In this document: one piece after another, positions 13,555-26,519 of the stretch
Layout of the letters: each line of letters begins with the position of its first letter
Position numbering within the stretch: position 1 is the first letter of the stretch
DNA from: Octopus sinensis
Taxonomy: Eukaryota
Direction: 5' to 3'
DNA: 64,000 nt
Assembly: GCF_006345805.1 (NCBI RefSeq)
Contig: NC_043008.1
Span: 39,060,001 to 39,124,000 of the forward strand
Program-made: the position numbers and the translations under genes
Notes under the pieces: generated by a model
Seen by the model: only the letters and a program-made list of their open reading frames with translations
Database searches by the model: none
Told to the model about the DNA's origin: nothing

Positions 13555-15087
13555 ACAGGAATGCAGTCGGAGTTCGTTGTAGTGGGGAGGGGGCTGTTCA
13601 GTTAGCATGGAGGCTGCTTAACAGCCATTGGAATGAGAGGAAAGGAGCGAAGGGTGGCTGTGCGCAGGATCGGAGAGTTAACTGAAAGAGCCATTTGTTG
13701 ACTTTGGAGCAAGACAGAAGACTGAAAGTGGAAGCCTGGAACAGATGAAGAGCAGTCATTTGGCCACCAACGGGAGGGTGTAATGCTTCAGGGTCGAAAC
13801 ACCCAATGAGCGTTGGACACCGTCTGAGGACATCAATTACTCCTGGCCAAATGAAAGGAGAAAGCACCTCCTTCTAGTTGTTATTAACATATATATACAC
13901 ACATGTATTTGTGTGTGTATTGAGAAAAAGGAAGCAGTCAGAATTCTTTATTAGTGCTTTCGTTTCTCCAGCAAACTCTTCAAGACAAAAACTGACACCA
14001 AAAATATTTTAATTTTTGTTTTGAACAGTCTGGTTAAACGAACGAAAGCACTAATAAAGAATTGTCCAAAATTCCGACTGCCGCCTTTTTCTCAATATAC
14101 TATGTCTGTATACCACTTCAAACACTCTATACATACATGCATGCATGCATACATACATACATACATACATATATACATACACACGCACACACACACATGT
14201 GTGTGTATATATGTGTGTGTGTGTATTAACAGCCGTTTCGTTGGAAATTCAATCAATCGACATGATCTAGAATTTCGTGTTGATAATTAAGAATTTTCCG
14301 GACTTCAGATGTTAACTTGACAAACCTCGAACGCGTATTTGAAGCATATTTAAAGATCTCGGCTCAAAACAGGGTCAATCCTAATTTATGAATATATGAA
14401 AATAATGGAATATATAAAAATGCTAGAATGAGTTTTGTATTGCTCTTTTCTGATACCTTAACGGTTGTAAAGAGCAAAAGTTTAACCTCTATGATCAGTA
14501 GAAACCGTTACTCGCTTATCGGTACTGGTCTTATCCTATGTTGCAGCTACTAATTTGGGGAAAAAATAATCAATTTCTAACGTCACCTTTATCGTAAGTT
14601 CATCTAAGATGTATTAATGAAAATATCATCAATAGTTAAATTAGCAAAATATTGTTCTTTGCTAAGGAACTGTAAAAAAATAAAAATTGGCTCTTAGAGA
14701 TTGTCCGATATTGGGCTTTCACACAGTATTTCAAACGCATTTACTCGATCATCAAGTACTTGAAATAAAACAATACCACCTAATTACATATCTTGTGGCT
14801 CAATAAAAGAAACATGTTTATTTATGTGTGCATGTTTGATTTGTATGTACATAATTGAATATATATTTATTACGTATATGTATGCGTGTGTGTGTATGTG
14901 TGTGAAGAAAGAGGAGAAATACGTAGACAGACAGGCACAGGGCAAGAGTGATAAATAGATAAGTAGATATAGATGGATAGATAGATGTATCCATTCGTTT
15001 ATACATACATAAATACATATATATATTATATATAAACATACTACAATGTGTATGGTGTTTTGTAGGTACAGTTATGCTCTGGACGCT

Positions 15088-18000
15088 TTATTTGAATTTG
15101 TGTTGTGAGAGAGGGACTCCCAGGGATATATCAGGTAATTCTTTCATAAATGTGTCCTTACCCCACAGCCAGTACGTTGTCATTAATCCGCGACCTTTTA
15201 CTTGTCTCTGTCCTCTACTTTCTAAGATATAACCGCCTAATGTATCAAGAAGTGTTGCAGTAGTCTCGCTCACTTGAATGTGTAAGGCATAAGAACTAGA
15301 CTGCATTCTGGAAGCTGTGTTGACGGTGTCTCCGAATAGACAATATCTAGGCATTAGTTTCCCCACCACGCCACTTACTACCGGGCCGGAATGCATTCCC
15401 ACTCGTAACTGCAGCACGTCAGTTTCCATGGGATCAGCATGGAGTAGAGTAACATGTGACATCAGATCTAAAGCCATTGTTGCAATTTCTCCTGCATGGC
15501 GATCACCATTCTTTTCTGGAATACCACTAACTACCATGTAGGAATCGCTGATGGTTTCCACTTTGTAAACATCATAGCCGTCCAAAACTGAGTCAAATAT
15601 TTTATAAACTTCATTTAAAAAATCAACGATTTCCATTGGCTACTTTCTTTACATATTCGGCCAAAATTCACGATATCACTGAAGAATACCGTGGCATTTT
15701 CGAATAATTCCGGTATCACTTCACCAACTTGTTTCAGTTCACAAGCTACTTTCGGGGGCAACATCTGGCCCAATAGCTGCTCAGCTTTAGCTTTTTTTTC
15801 TTCTAGTTCTCTGGTTCTTTCTATCACGATTATTTCTAAATTATTGGAGTAAGTTTCCAAGAGGTGGATTAATTTATCTATAAGTTCTCCTTTTATGGGG
15901 TACATTTGATTTAGAATTATGCTAATATTATTAAAAGTCGGTCGTGACGATGCCTTCTCATTCCAAGACTCTTCAAGCATTTTTTTAAACAGCTTCTTAG
16001 ATAGCTTACTGTTTGGTAATAAATCATCACTTAAAATTGGTCTCGTAAAAATCATTTTACCTCCACCAATACTCTCCCATACACGTCGTATTTCTTTATT
16101 GTCCGGTGACTTTGAATCTTTAATGAGTTCTAAAATGCTTTTTTCACTTAAATGTTTCAGTTCATAATGGTATGGTTTTGCCTTCGTCACAATTTCACAC
16201 GCAATGATAGCAAATGAATAGACATCTCCTTCCGGTGTGCCCCATTTTACCCCGTCGAGATTTGTGCTTTCCCTCAGTAGTTCGGGTGCGGTCCAAAAAA
16301 GATCTTTTAAATCATACATTTCTTCAGACTCTGGGATTCTGTAGCTTCCATAACGAAGAAACGGTGCACCAAATCCTGACAGACGTACAGTCCAGCGCTT
16401 ATCAACCAAGCAGTTGGAAGATTTCAGACGTCCATGGCTTTTGATTTCAGATTTGTCATGCAAATATTCCATTCCGCAACATATATCTTTTAAAAATGAA
16501 AATCCAAATGCCCATCCGATCTCAAATGTTTCATTGGCAAGTACATCCGCTATACTCCCCTTGTCAGCAATTTCCATGAACAAACTGACGTTAGGATAAG
16601 TCAAACAGCATCCACCGTATTGGATCAGATTATAATGTCTAGTCTTAGTTAACTTGACCATGTCCGAAATAATCTTTTTATCATCAGGAAGAATTGTCTT
16701 ACTATTAATCTTTTTCACATACCATTCCTGATCGTCCCATCGATAAACCGCAACTTGTTTGTTAATAATACCTGTGTACGTCTCTGCCGTAACTATGCGC
16801 TCAGGTTTAGTTACTGTATCCCAGTCAATCAGCCATTCCTGAAAACTCACTCTTTTCGTCTTTCGATCCAAAATTGTCAACATGAAATAAAAAAAACAAC
16901 ACAGAAGAGTCAATCCTACACAGAGTGGTATTATGATGCTCATAATATGAACGTCGCAATGCTTTCCAATGTATAATATAGTACTGCACACACATTCATG
17001 TGGTTTTTTGCATATACCAGCATGACATTTTTTGCAGATTGGTTGTTTACAAGTAACACCTTTATAGCCAGCATTACACACGCACGTACCGTCAACCTGG
17101 CACACACCATTTTTACATTGACATGAAATTGTGTGACAATACTTCCCTTCGAATCCTTCAAAGCATTCGCATTTGTTACCAGGACGACATATTCCTCGAT
17201 CGAAAACATTAATATTACTAGGGTCTTTTAATTTGTATCCACAGGCATGAACGCAATAATATGGTGGAACTATACTTTCTGTTCGCATAAAAAGGGTTGG
17301 TGGCCAATCTTCACCCTCTTTTGGCATCATTTTTTGTGTATTGAGACTAACCATCCCCGATAAAGATATGTATCGTCTAGTGTTATGTGCCTTACCGACA
17401 GGAAATGCTACCAGTGCCGCAGTTTTATTGTGAGGAAGTATTTCCGATTCGTAAGGTATTTCTAATTGAATACCGTCTTCCGATCTCTTAATACATTTTA
17501 CGTAAGTTATAACTTTAGATTTCGGCAAATATGGCCAACGTGGGATTGGGTTAACTTGGGCCAGATAACCGAAATAACCAATTCTATCACCGTATGCATT
17601 TAAAGATACTTTATCTGTTAGTCCATGTATAGTTGTCTTGCGCATGAGCCAATTAACTTTGTTACCTCTAAATGTTAGTCGTTTATTGAGAAGTATGGCT
17701 AACGCTTTAGCGTAAAGGTGCACGGCGTCATAACCCAATCCCATTAACGCTCCTATTTCAAAGGATCTATAACGAACTCTTCCACCTTTGTAAAGTACAC
17801 GGTCTTCTTTAAAATAATAATTAAGAACTCGTTTCCAACTATCTGTTTGGTAACCCGATACATTGTAGGTCGAATCAAAGAGGTAGGTTCCAGTAAAAGC
17901 TAATGTGCATTCTAACTTTTTGTTACAAACCGAATGGTTCTCAAATGGAAACTCTCGCGCGTACTTTTTCATTAAAACCCATTGGAATCCATGCAGAGAA

Positions 18001-20131
18001 GAAAGGTTCATAAGATAGGCTTCTCGAAAGACGATTGGCTGTATATGGAATGGAGCAAACAGAAAGATTACTTTCAAGTTAGTTTTTTTCACTTCCCCCA
18101 AATCATTACTGAGCATACCATCTTGCAAATACTTGGGTTTAAGATTTTTCATTTCTTTCAAAATGATGTGATTTCGTATATTGATGTTGTATTTGATAGC
18201 CGCAGTATAGAATGACTTACTAAGTTCAATAGTCGAATATCGAATGATTACAATATCAGTCCAAAATCTATCTTTGGCTGATTGAAACACGGAATTATAA
18301 AATTCCTCTTCGGTCCAAGTTAAACTGTTATAAAATAGGTATGAATTTTTATCGGAGAATTCTCTGGAAAAGTCGATTGTCGAAATAAGTGGTATCATAA
18401 ACTTCGTTAAAAATGGGCTAAAAAGTTTAGCAACATTTCCTGGAACAGAACTTATAACCAAACTAATATTACTTAAAATATTTTTTAAACCCCCAAGTTT
18501 TCTATAGGTTGCAGGTTTTTCATTTGGAACATTGTACGACTTCAATAGGAAGTTTATACCGTTTTTTTTTAACTCTGGAGCAATAATACCATTGTTAACA
18601 TCATTGATAGCGAATCGGATAAAAGAATTGATATGTGAGTCAATTTCTTTTCCATCGCCACTAAATCGAAGGTCACCAAAATGTCCAATTGTAATGTTTC
18701 CTGTTATACGAAAAGCCGGAGTTATGATAGAAATAGCGTTCTCCTCAATTGCAGTTATTCTTAATTTGACGGAATTGACTACTTCACAAATAGATACCAA
18801 TAACTGGATTTTTCCATCTGACATTCCCACGGTGCTATGTTTTGAAAAACATATATTTTCTGGGATTGTATTAATAGATAGGCGTAATTTGGAGTTAGGG
18901 CCTGAATAGATCCGACGACCTGAAGTATCCAGTGCTAAAATACTCATGCCGTAAAGTAAAGGACAAGTGATAGGTACTTCTACAATTCCCCCATTATTTT
19001 TAAGTTTAGAATACATACTTTTTGAGAAGTTGTCCATAGCAATGGCACCTAACGCTACAACTGCTACTGTGAAATTCCTCGTGAAGACAACAGGTAGAAT
19101 CTTTTCCTCTTCCTCAGTTGTTAATCGTTGGAAAGTAATAAACTTTCTGTCACTGGACAACTGTCTTGCACGTTCGATGTCAAGGAAACATTCTGAGCAA
19201 GCAGGAATTCTGCTCCATGGGTCTCTTGCCATGGTTAAAGTAATATTTAGTTGCAAATTTTCTGTTACGTCTAAAATTCGAACTCCAGTAAATTTTGCCG
19301 TACCATAATTTGCTTGTTGACGCATTATTATATCTCGTGTTTTAAAATCAATTGTTACATTCTCTCCATCCATTCGAATTTTAGTGTAATCAATCATCAT
19401 TTCTCTCTCTGGGTCAGCATAGAAACGTTTATAATTGTAAGGAATTGTCATTTCCACAATTGCTACCGAATCAAGACCATTTATGAGAGTATTCCTTCTT
19501 CATCTCTTATTTCAACCTCAACATCAAAATCGTGATTAGCCAAAACTGTTACAGGTGGTTGTTTCGTTACAACTAACCGGTGTGCAGGTTTGGTTACAAA
19601 TATTGGGAAAGAGTCGACGTATATTTTATAATCTGGTATTTCGATCCTGAACATTCGCATGGATGGAGGTACAATGGTATGTTTATGGTAAATCCAATCA
19701 AATATGAGTTTTCCATTAAAAATTCGTGATTTCATTAGAATGGAAGAATGCGGTGTATGACAACGAGTTTTCGCAAGATGTCTGTTATATCGCTCCGGAT
19801 AATTCAACCACCACGCTGATTTCTGACACAGTTGGCCGCCACTGTCTGCCCAAGTATCTTTGTTATTAATCTCGCCAGATGGCGAAACAGCATAGCTGTC
19901 TATTGTAGCCGTCATATTGACTTCTCCCCCAGAAAAAGGTGTCCCGTTTGAATAAAAGGCAACGACAATGATCGGTTTGCTGATCATTTGATTGAGTGGC
20001 ACTGAATAGTATAACTTTGAAGGATCATCGGGTATAATTGCAGGAGGTTCGTGAAATTGTAGAAATGATAATTCCAATTGTCCTGTCACAAACATCCAAG
20101 TAGAGATAAGAATGAGGCATGTAATTGTCAT
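15088..20131 (-). CDS. Receptor guanylyl cyclase copy 1, intronless, split by two 1-bp deletions (near 19492 and 15640); assembly error or very young pseudogene
   Basis: ORFs 19481-20131, 15615-19457 and 15088-15636 are collinear with copy 2. Span is 5044 versus 5046 bp, with no other indel or internal stop seen. Motifs HGRLKSSNC, FSDIVNF, KVETISDSY, PRYCLFGDTVNTASRM. Confidence 0.85.
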
Positions 20132-20607
20132 AGTTTATCGGATATTTCATGAACAAAATGCGTTTGAATAATCATTTGTCGTTTAAAAGCATTGTAATTT
20201 TTCTATTTCAACATGAAAAACTAAATGCTAGCCAGAGCGCCTATGCAATTAAACAAAGAAATCTGAGAAAAATAAAATCTATCAACGTCTTTCTTAAACG
20301 CAACTTCATATGTTAAACACTCACTTTTGATCTGATAATAAGCGTTTATTTTTTTTTATTTTCTTCTTTCATAATTTGAATTCCATATGAAATTGTTTTA
20401 GAGTAGCGTCTCTGATAAAAGAAAAATTTAAGAAAGCATCTTCGTGAATATTTATCACACCTACATGCAGAAAATAGATGCACACATACGCACACGCATG
20501 ATTGCGTGTATGTGTGTGGATGTGTGTGCGAGCGTATGTATGTGTGTTCTCGCTATCTATTTATCTATCTATTTATTTATTTGTCTCTCTCTCTCTCTCT
20601 CCCTCCG

Positions 20608-20660
<53 letters not shown>

Positions 20661-20725
20661 ATGTATGTGTGTGTGTGTGTATATGTATATATATACATTT
20701 AACTATATATATATGTCTATATATA

Positions 20726-20780
<55 letters not shown>

Positions 20781-20939
20781 CTTTATTACCCACAAGGGCC
20801 TAAACATAGAGGAGACAAACAAGAACAGACAAAGGGATTAAGTCCATTAGATCGACCCAGTGCGAAACTGGTACCTTATTTATCGACCCCGAAAGGATGA
20901 AAGGCAAAGTCGTTAATCGAAACATGAAACCACAAAGAG

Positions 20940-22660
20940 AATCACAACAACGCGAGGACGTGATGAGAGATTGACCAGAGAGGAAAGTGTTTGTCTCCAA
21001 TCCTTTCAGACACGTCCACCAGATGCATTCTTTCGCTATAGCCACAAGAATGATGAAAATAGCTCTTCCTTCCCGTTTGAAGGAAGGAGGCATGACAATA
21101 TTGACGATAGACTCAGCTGATAAACCGACTTGTCCCACACGTGACAGCAGTCCTTCGAGATAAGCCCACAAGTCGGCAATTGTTGGACACTGCACGAGTG
21201 CGTCCAGAACGATTTCGTCGCTCTTACCGCATCTCGAGCAGGTCGGCCCCGTGTTTTTCGAGTCGTGTCGGTAGAGCTTATCCCGAAAAGATAGCGCTTC
21301 TCGGTAGCACTGCCAGGCCAGGGATCTCTGGAAGTTGTCCATTGTCCTGGCCCGAAAGTCGTCCTGAACAGACGGGTCAGGTATTCCTCGTCGACGCCCA
21401 GGTTTGCTCCGAGCTCGTCGTCGTACCCCCCACCCCTTGACTAATCCCCTATAGAATGCTTTGGTTATGTTGAAGTCACTCAAAGTCGACCCGGGACGGC
21501 ATAGTTGCTTGAGAGCAACGCGACACTCGCGGTGCGATTCGCCCTTCCTCGGCCTCTTTTTGATCCACGACTGCAGTTCGGTCATGGAGACGAGCTGCGG
21601 GAAAGCGTGCCTCACAAACGGCGACCACACCTGTTCACCGTCGTCTACGTAGAGCCTGAGATGTCGCAGTCTCAGCGCGTGTCTGCGCATCATCAACCAC
21701 GGCATGCTCAGTCCTCCTTTTAACAGGTGTTGACAGCAAATGGATCGCCTGACCATCGCAACGCATCCTTTCCATAAGAAGCGGAAGAGAATGCGTTCTA
21801 GTTTGGTGATGGGAGGGTCGGGACAAGGTACGACGGTCAGGCGGTAGTTGATGACGGACACGATGTACGCGTTCGCCACCTCCACCCGACCTTTTAGGGA
21901 CAGTTTCCTCTCGGCCCATTGCCGGGCGAGAGTGACCACACTACTCGTTATCTCGTTCCAGTTCTTCTCCATTTGGAGGTCCGGACCAAGCCAGACCCCG
22001 AGCAACTCGACCGGACCGTCGATCCAGCGTCCCACGACGGAGGCGGTGGTGGATGGCATGGGCTTGCTTCTCCAGGTGCCGAGTCGCAAGCCCACTGACT
22101 TTTTCCGGTTGATTTTCACTCCTGTCACCGCTTCGTAGTCTTTCAGTGTCTCGCCGACCAGCTTGATGTGCTCGTGGCTAGACACTATTACGGTGACGTC
22201 GTCCGCGCATGCAGACACGTTCGTCCCGCATTCCAATTCTCGCGGGATGCCCCTCAGAGTTGCCAGCTTCAGCAATAATGGCTCGAGAGTCAATACTTAT
22301 AGAAGCGACGAGAGGGGGCATCCCTGACGGACCGAACGTGCAATGTCAAAAGGTTTCGATAGATGTCCATTTACGCGAATTACCGAACGGATACCGCTGT
22401 ACAAAGCGGCTATCCAGCCGCGGAAGGCGGTACCGAAACCAACCGCTCTGAGGACAGCCTCCAAGTATCGATGGTCTACCCTATCAAAAGATTTCGATTG
22501 ATCCAAAATGATCAAAGCCCTACCCATTCCAGGTTCTTTAACTACCCTGTCTATGATGTAGTGCTTCAGATGGAGGTTGTCATGGATGCTCCGGCCCGGT
22601 ACGGCGCATGCTTGCACCTAGTCGACCAGTTTCTTGATGACAAGCGCCAACCTCTTGAGA
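20940..22660 (-). mobile_element. 5'-truncated L1/Tx1-clade LINE (RT and C-terminal Cys region)
   Basis: LDQSKSFDRVDHRYL, SVRQGCPLSSLL, ACADDVTV, LGVWLG, TCSRCG; homologous to 28320-30157. Confidence 0.88.
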
Positions 22661-22714
22661 TAGATAGATAGATAGATGGATGGATTGATAGATACATATT
22701 CTTTTATTCTTTTA

Positions 22715-23015
22715 CTTGATTCACCACCATAAGTCGAACTATTCAACCCTAGAGCTTATTGTATCGGTTTCTTTTCGCCGTGCCGCTTTGTTACTAAAAT
22801 CAGTGTCAAATAGTGGAGGGGGAACAAATAGACAAACAAACAAACAAACACACACTCACACACACACACACACACATGTATATATATATATATATATATA
22901 CATATACGACGGGTTTCTTTTAGTTTTCTTCTACCAAATCCACTCACAAGGCTTGGGTCGGCCTAAGGTTTTAGTAGAAGAGAATTGCCCAAGACGCCAC
23001 TGTATGGGATTGAAC
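22715..23015 (-). mobile_element. Degenerate type A SINE
   Basis: ctaccaaatccactcacaaggc...ttgcccaag shared with 5428-5839. Confidence 0.7.
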
Positions 23016-23049
23016 TACCTTATTTCATAATATTTGCCATAAAGGCAGT

Positions 23050-25320
23050 ACATAGAGTAAGTTAGCTTTGCGGGCTGGACGAGGACATTAATGAAATGAA
23101 TGATAATGAAAGAAAGATGATGGGGATGGGAGAAGACAAGACGCGCCCGCCGACTTCTGCTTCTCTAAAATATTGTTCTTTTAAAAACAAACACAAAACG
23201 AGGTATTAAACCTCTTACAATTTTTACAACTTTTCAATTTTTGGACTTAACAGTCCATTTCTAACAACAATATAGTTCAATAATTACATATGATATAAAT
23301 ACAATACACAAAGCCCCTCCTCCCAGACCTGGCTTACACTTCCCTTAGGAATGCGCCACCTCTAGGTCGGGGCCCCTCAAGTCGTATCACAATTTATGAC
23401 TCGTCCCCAAAATAACTTGTGCCCGCATCCTCCACCACGCCTCCCTCAGAATGTAATCGAGTTCCGAGTTAGCGTCGCCCGCGACCAAGCTATAATCCTC
23501 ATTGAGTTCCTTCAGCCCAAGCGTCACGTCGAACGCCACGGCCTCCACAGCTACCTGCGGAGGCCATTCGGGGTCCTGTGTGAAGGCTAAAGGTGCTCCC
23601 TTGGGTGCTTTTCCATCACCTTTTCAATCTCTCCGCCTCTATGGAAGAGGATCAATACATGGTTTTTGCTCGGGTGCGGGATATTCAATTCTTTCGTTGG
23701 CGGCACAGTTCCCGCCAACGGTGTTTCTTCTCCAGTCGGTGGCACAACCCCAACCGACGTAGTTCCGGGACATTCCGGTACTATGTCACCGACTGCCGGT
23801 AATATCCCGTTTCTCTTCCTCTTTTTCATTTTTTTGTTTTCAGCTGAGGGAGGGCGCGTCTCCTCCGTGGCCGGAAGATTCGCCTTTCCCTCCTCATCCC
23901 TAGTATCCTTTGGTGAGCACCCATTGTTGCTCACCTTCCTCTTTCGGCCTCTGTTTGAGGAGTCCTCCGCTTCCTCGGCCGTTTTCATTCCCTCTTCTAC
24001 AGGGGTTTCACTTAACTGTTCCGGGATCCTATTTTGTTCCCGGGGACAGTTCTTTATATGGCCGGACTCCAAGCACCGATGACACTTAGGAGGGCGACCC
24101 TCAAGTATCACCGGGTACCTGCACCCGGCCATTTAAAAAAAATCTGGAAGAACCAGATTGGCTGATTGGGTCCAAAGGGTCAAAATTGCTTTTGACCCAA
24201 CCCAAGCAGCCGCAGGAAGAACTTTCACATTAAGGAGCTTAGTTTCGCTGCTACCCAGACCCCGGCGGATAGTCTCCTCAATCCACTCGGGTTTTATCCC
24301 GGGTGGCAGCCCGCAAATCCAAGCTTTCGTCAATCTCTCTTTTTGGTACGTGGGCAGGAATAAAATTTCCTTACCCTCCAGGGGTTTACTAGCAAATTTG
24401 CAAGCCTCTTCAGGGGTGTCAAATAGCAACCACACCGTTGCATATTTGACACCCCTGGAAATGAATTTAATTGTTGGCAAATACTCTGCCAACTCCTTTT
24501 TAATTGCCGTCTTTTCGAATAGGGCGATGGTGTCGAGTGCCTTGGAGTAGGTTCTCAACACCACCGTCCTATCTTCACGGTCTTTTAACCACTTTTTAGG
24601 CGGTATGATCTCCCATTCCAAAATTTTGTCATTTTTCATTGCCATGTTTTTTTTTGTTTTTTTAAAAAATATATTCAAATTAAACTTAAAAAGCGAGAAG
24701 AAAAAAAGTTCAAAAATCCAAATAAAATTTGATAGATTTTTGAAAAAACAAAAAGGAGAAAGCACAACAGAAGGGAAGAAATCAACGGAAAGTCGCAATA
24801 AACAAATAGGGGAGTTAAATGAAGTTCAAAAGAAAGTTAATAAACAGAAAACACAGCAAAAATCTGCTGGCCTTACGGTACTCCCGGCCTGAGTTGAACC
24901 TGGAACGCCGCAACTGGAACACAACCTCCACAAAAATGGGTCCAAAAGGTAATCCAAAAGTGGCTTATTCTTATAATTTTCTTGCGAAATACTCCGACAA
25001 AGGAATAAATTCAACAAACCCAACCACAGCACTGGCCACCGCCAACGGTAATTTTAACAGTAACTGTATTGGGTTCCGAGGATACGCCCCTCCACTGTTT
25101 TTTTTTCAATAAACTCAAAAACACAGCAGCCGCCGAGAGCAGGCGAAATTGTCTCAGAGTTGGACACAACTTACTGAAATAATAATTGGCACACAATAAA
25201 TTGTGCCCAACTCACAATAAACAAAATCACTCACCTCGACAACTTTCTGTTTTTGGTCTTTTTTCTATAATTGGACGGAGCTGGTTAACTCACGTCCACT
25301 CTGGCTCAACAGGAAGCAAC
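23050..25320 (-). mobile_element. Gag/ORF1-like retroelement piece (Tx1/L1-type ORF1 with zinc knuckle), no ORF2 attached
   Basis: ORF 24133-24798 (likely start MAMKNDK) joins by frameshift to 23587-24132 with ILEGRPPKCHRCLESGHIKNCP; followed by AT-rich noncoding sequence. Confidence 0.65.
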
Positions 25321-25948
25321 TGACTAACTGCGCATGAGTTATACTACTTACCACACAGCCGCTCCAGTACTCACACACACAGATACACACATACACATAC
25401 ACACATATATATATATATATATATATACATACACACATATATATACATATATATATATCTGCTTGTGTGTGTGTGTCACAGGTTATGTTACTGTTAAACT
25501 TTTCAAAGTCAATGAGACAGTGTAAGAATGAACATGTAACAAAAATATTGCTTACAATTTTTATTCGTACAGAGGACCTGTATACAATGAAAACTCACGC
25601 GCCGCCTTTAGACGTGGGTCTGTTAGAAAAGGCTTCTTGCTAGAAAGCGAAAATGCACGGCGTGTTTGAAGCGATAAAATACTGACCGCTGTTATTGTCT
25701 GAGCGTTCCTATTGATACGTATGAGAAAAATTGAAGGAATTTTCGGAAACAAAGAAATGAATGTCTTATCTATGCTAACTCAAATACAGGAACCAGTATA
25801 AGCTTCACAAGTGACTTCATCAATTATCGAGTACTAACGCCAGCAACAAAGGAAAGGACCTGGTAGGAAATACCAGGCTAAAGTTTCGATTCTTGGCTAT
25901 GAACCCAAGAAACGTCTTCTCATTCGCTCATATGTTATGTATGTATGT

Positions 25949-26244
25949 CTTTCCTATTTTTTAATTATTAGAAATCTTCCGCTGAAGAGGAAGCCGGTTT
26001 CCAACAAAAATGCAAGGCTCCATATTTGGAGCTTGCAGAAATTCTTGCATATTTTTACCTTGCACTCACAGATAGCACGTTGTAATTTTCGAATTAGCCG
26101 GTTGATTACTCTTTCTGAAAATTCCCAGTTTATCCAGATTCGCCTTTCAGTATGTACCAATAAAACTTAATGCTCCAGTTTTTATTGGTTTCCATAAAAA
26201 TTCATAGTCTAGACATAGAAGCTGGAGGATTCGAAGCAGTTATC
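25949..26244 (-). mobile_element. RLE-type (R4/Dong-like) LINE 3' fragment
   Basis: Reverse complement is homologous to about 34780-35090 (LQLLYPDY...LGFSE...LIR..ICKNF); (TACA)n at both ends. Confidence 0.7.
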
Positions 26245-26475
26245 TATGTATGTATGTGTGTATGTATTTATGTATGATATATGTATGTATGCATTTATTT
26301 ATTTATTTATGTATACATGTATGCATGTATTTTGTCATTATTCAGTTTATTTCATGATTTTTTGCCAATAAAGAAAGAACCGGTTTCTAACCTAGATTAA
26401 AGTCTCCTTCATTGGAAATTCAACATCAAGAACAGGGTATTTTTTATGTATGTATGTATGCATGTATGCATGTAA

Positions 26476-26506
<31 letters not shown>

Positions 26507-26519
26507 TGTATGTATGTAC

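Noticed and set aside
13560-13880. GC-richer segment with an 89-aa ORF
   Set aside because: No recognisable motif; probably a retroelement scrap that I cannot classify
15615-19500. Introns or programmed frameshifting explaining the split of copy 1
   Set aside because: The net difference from intact copy 2 is exactly 2 nt, leaving no room for introns, and there are no slippery heptamers at the breaks
15317-19535. Antisense ORFs overlapping the cyclase genes
   Set aside because: Short shadow frames recurring in the paralogs only because the sense strand is conserved
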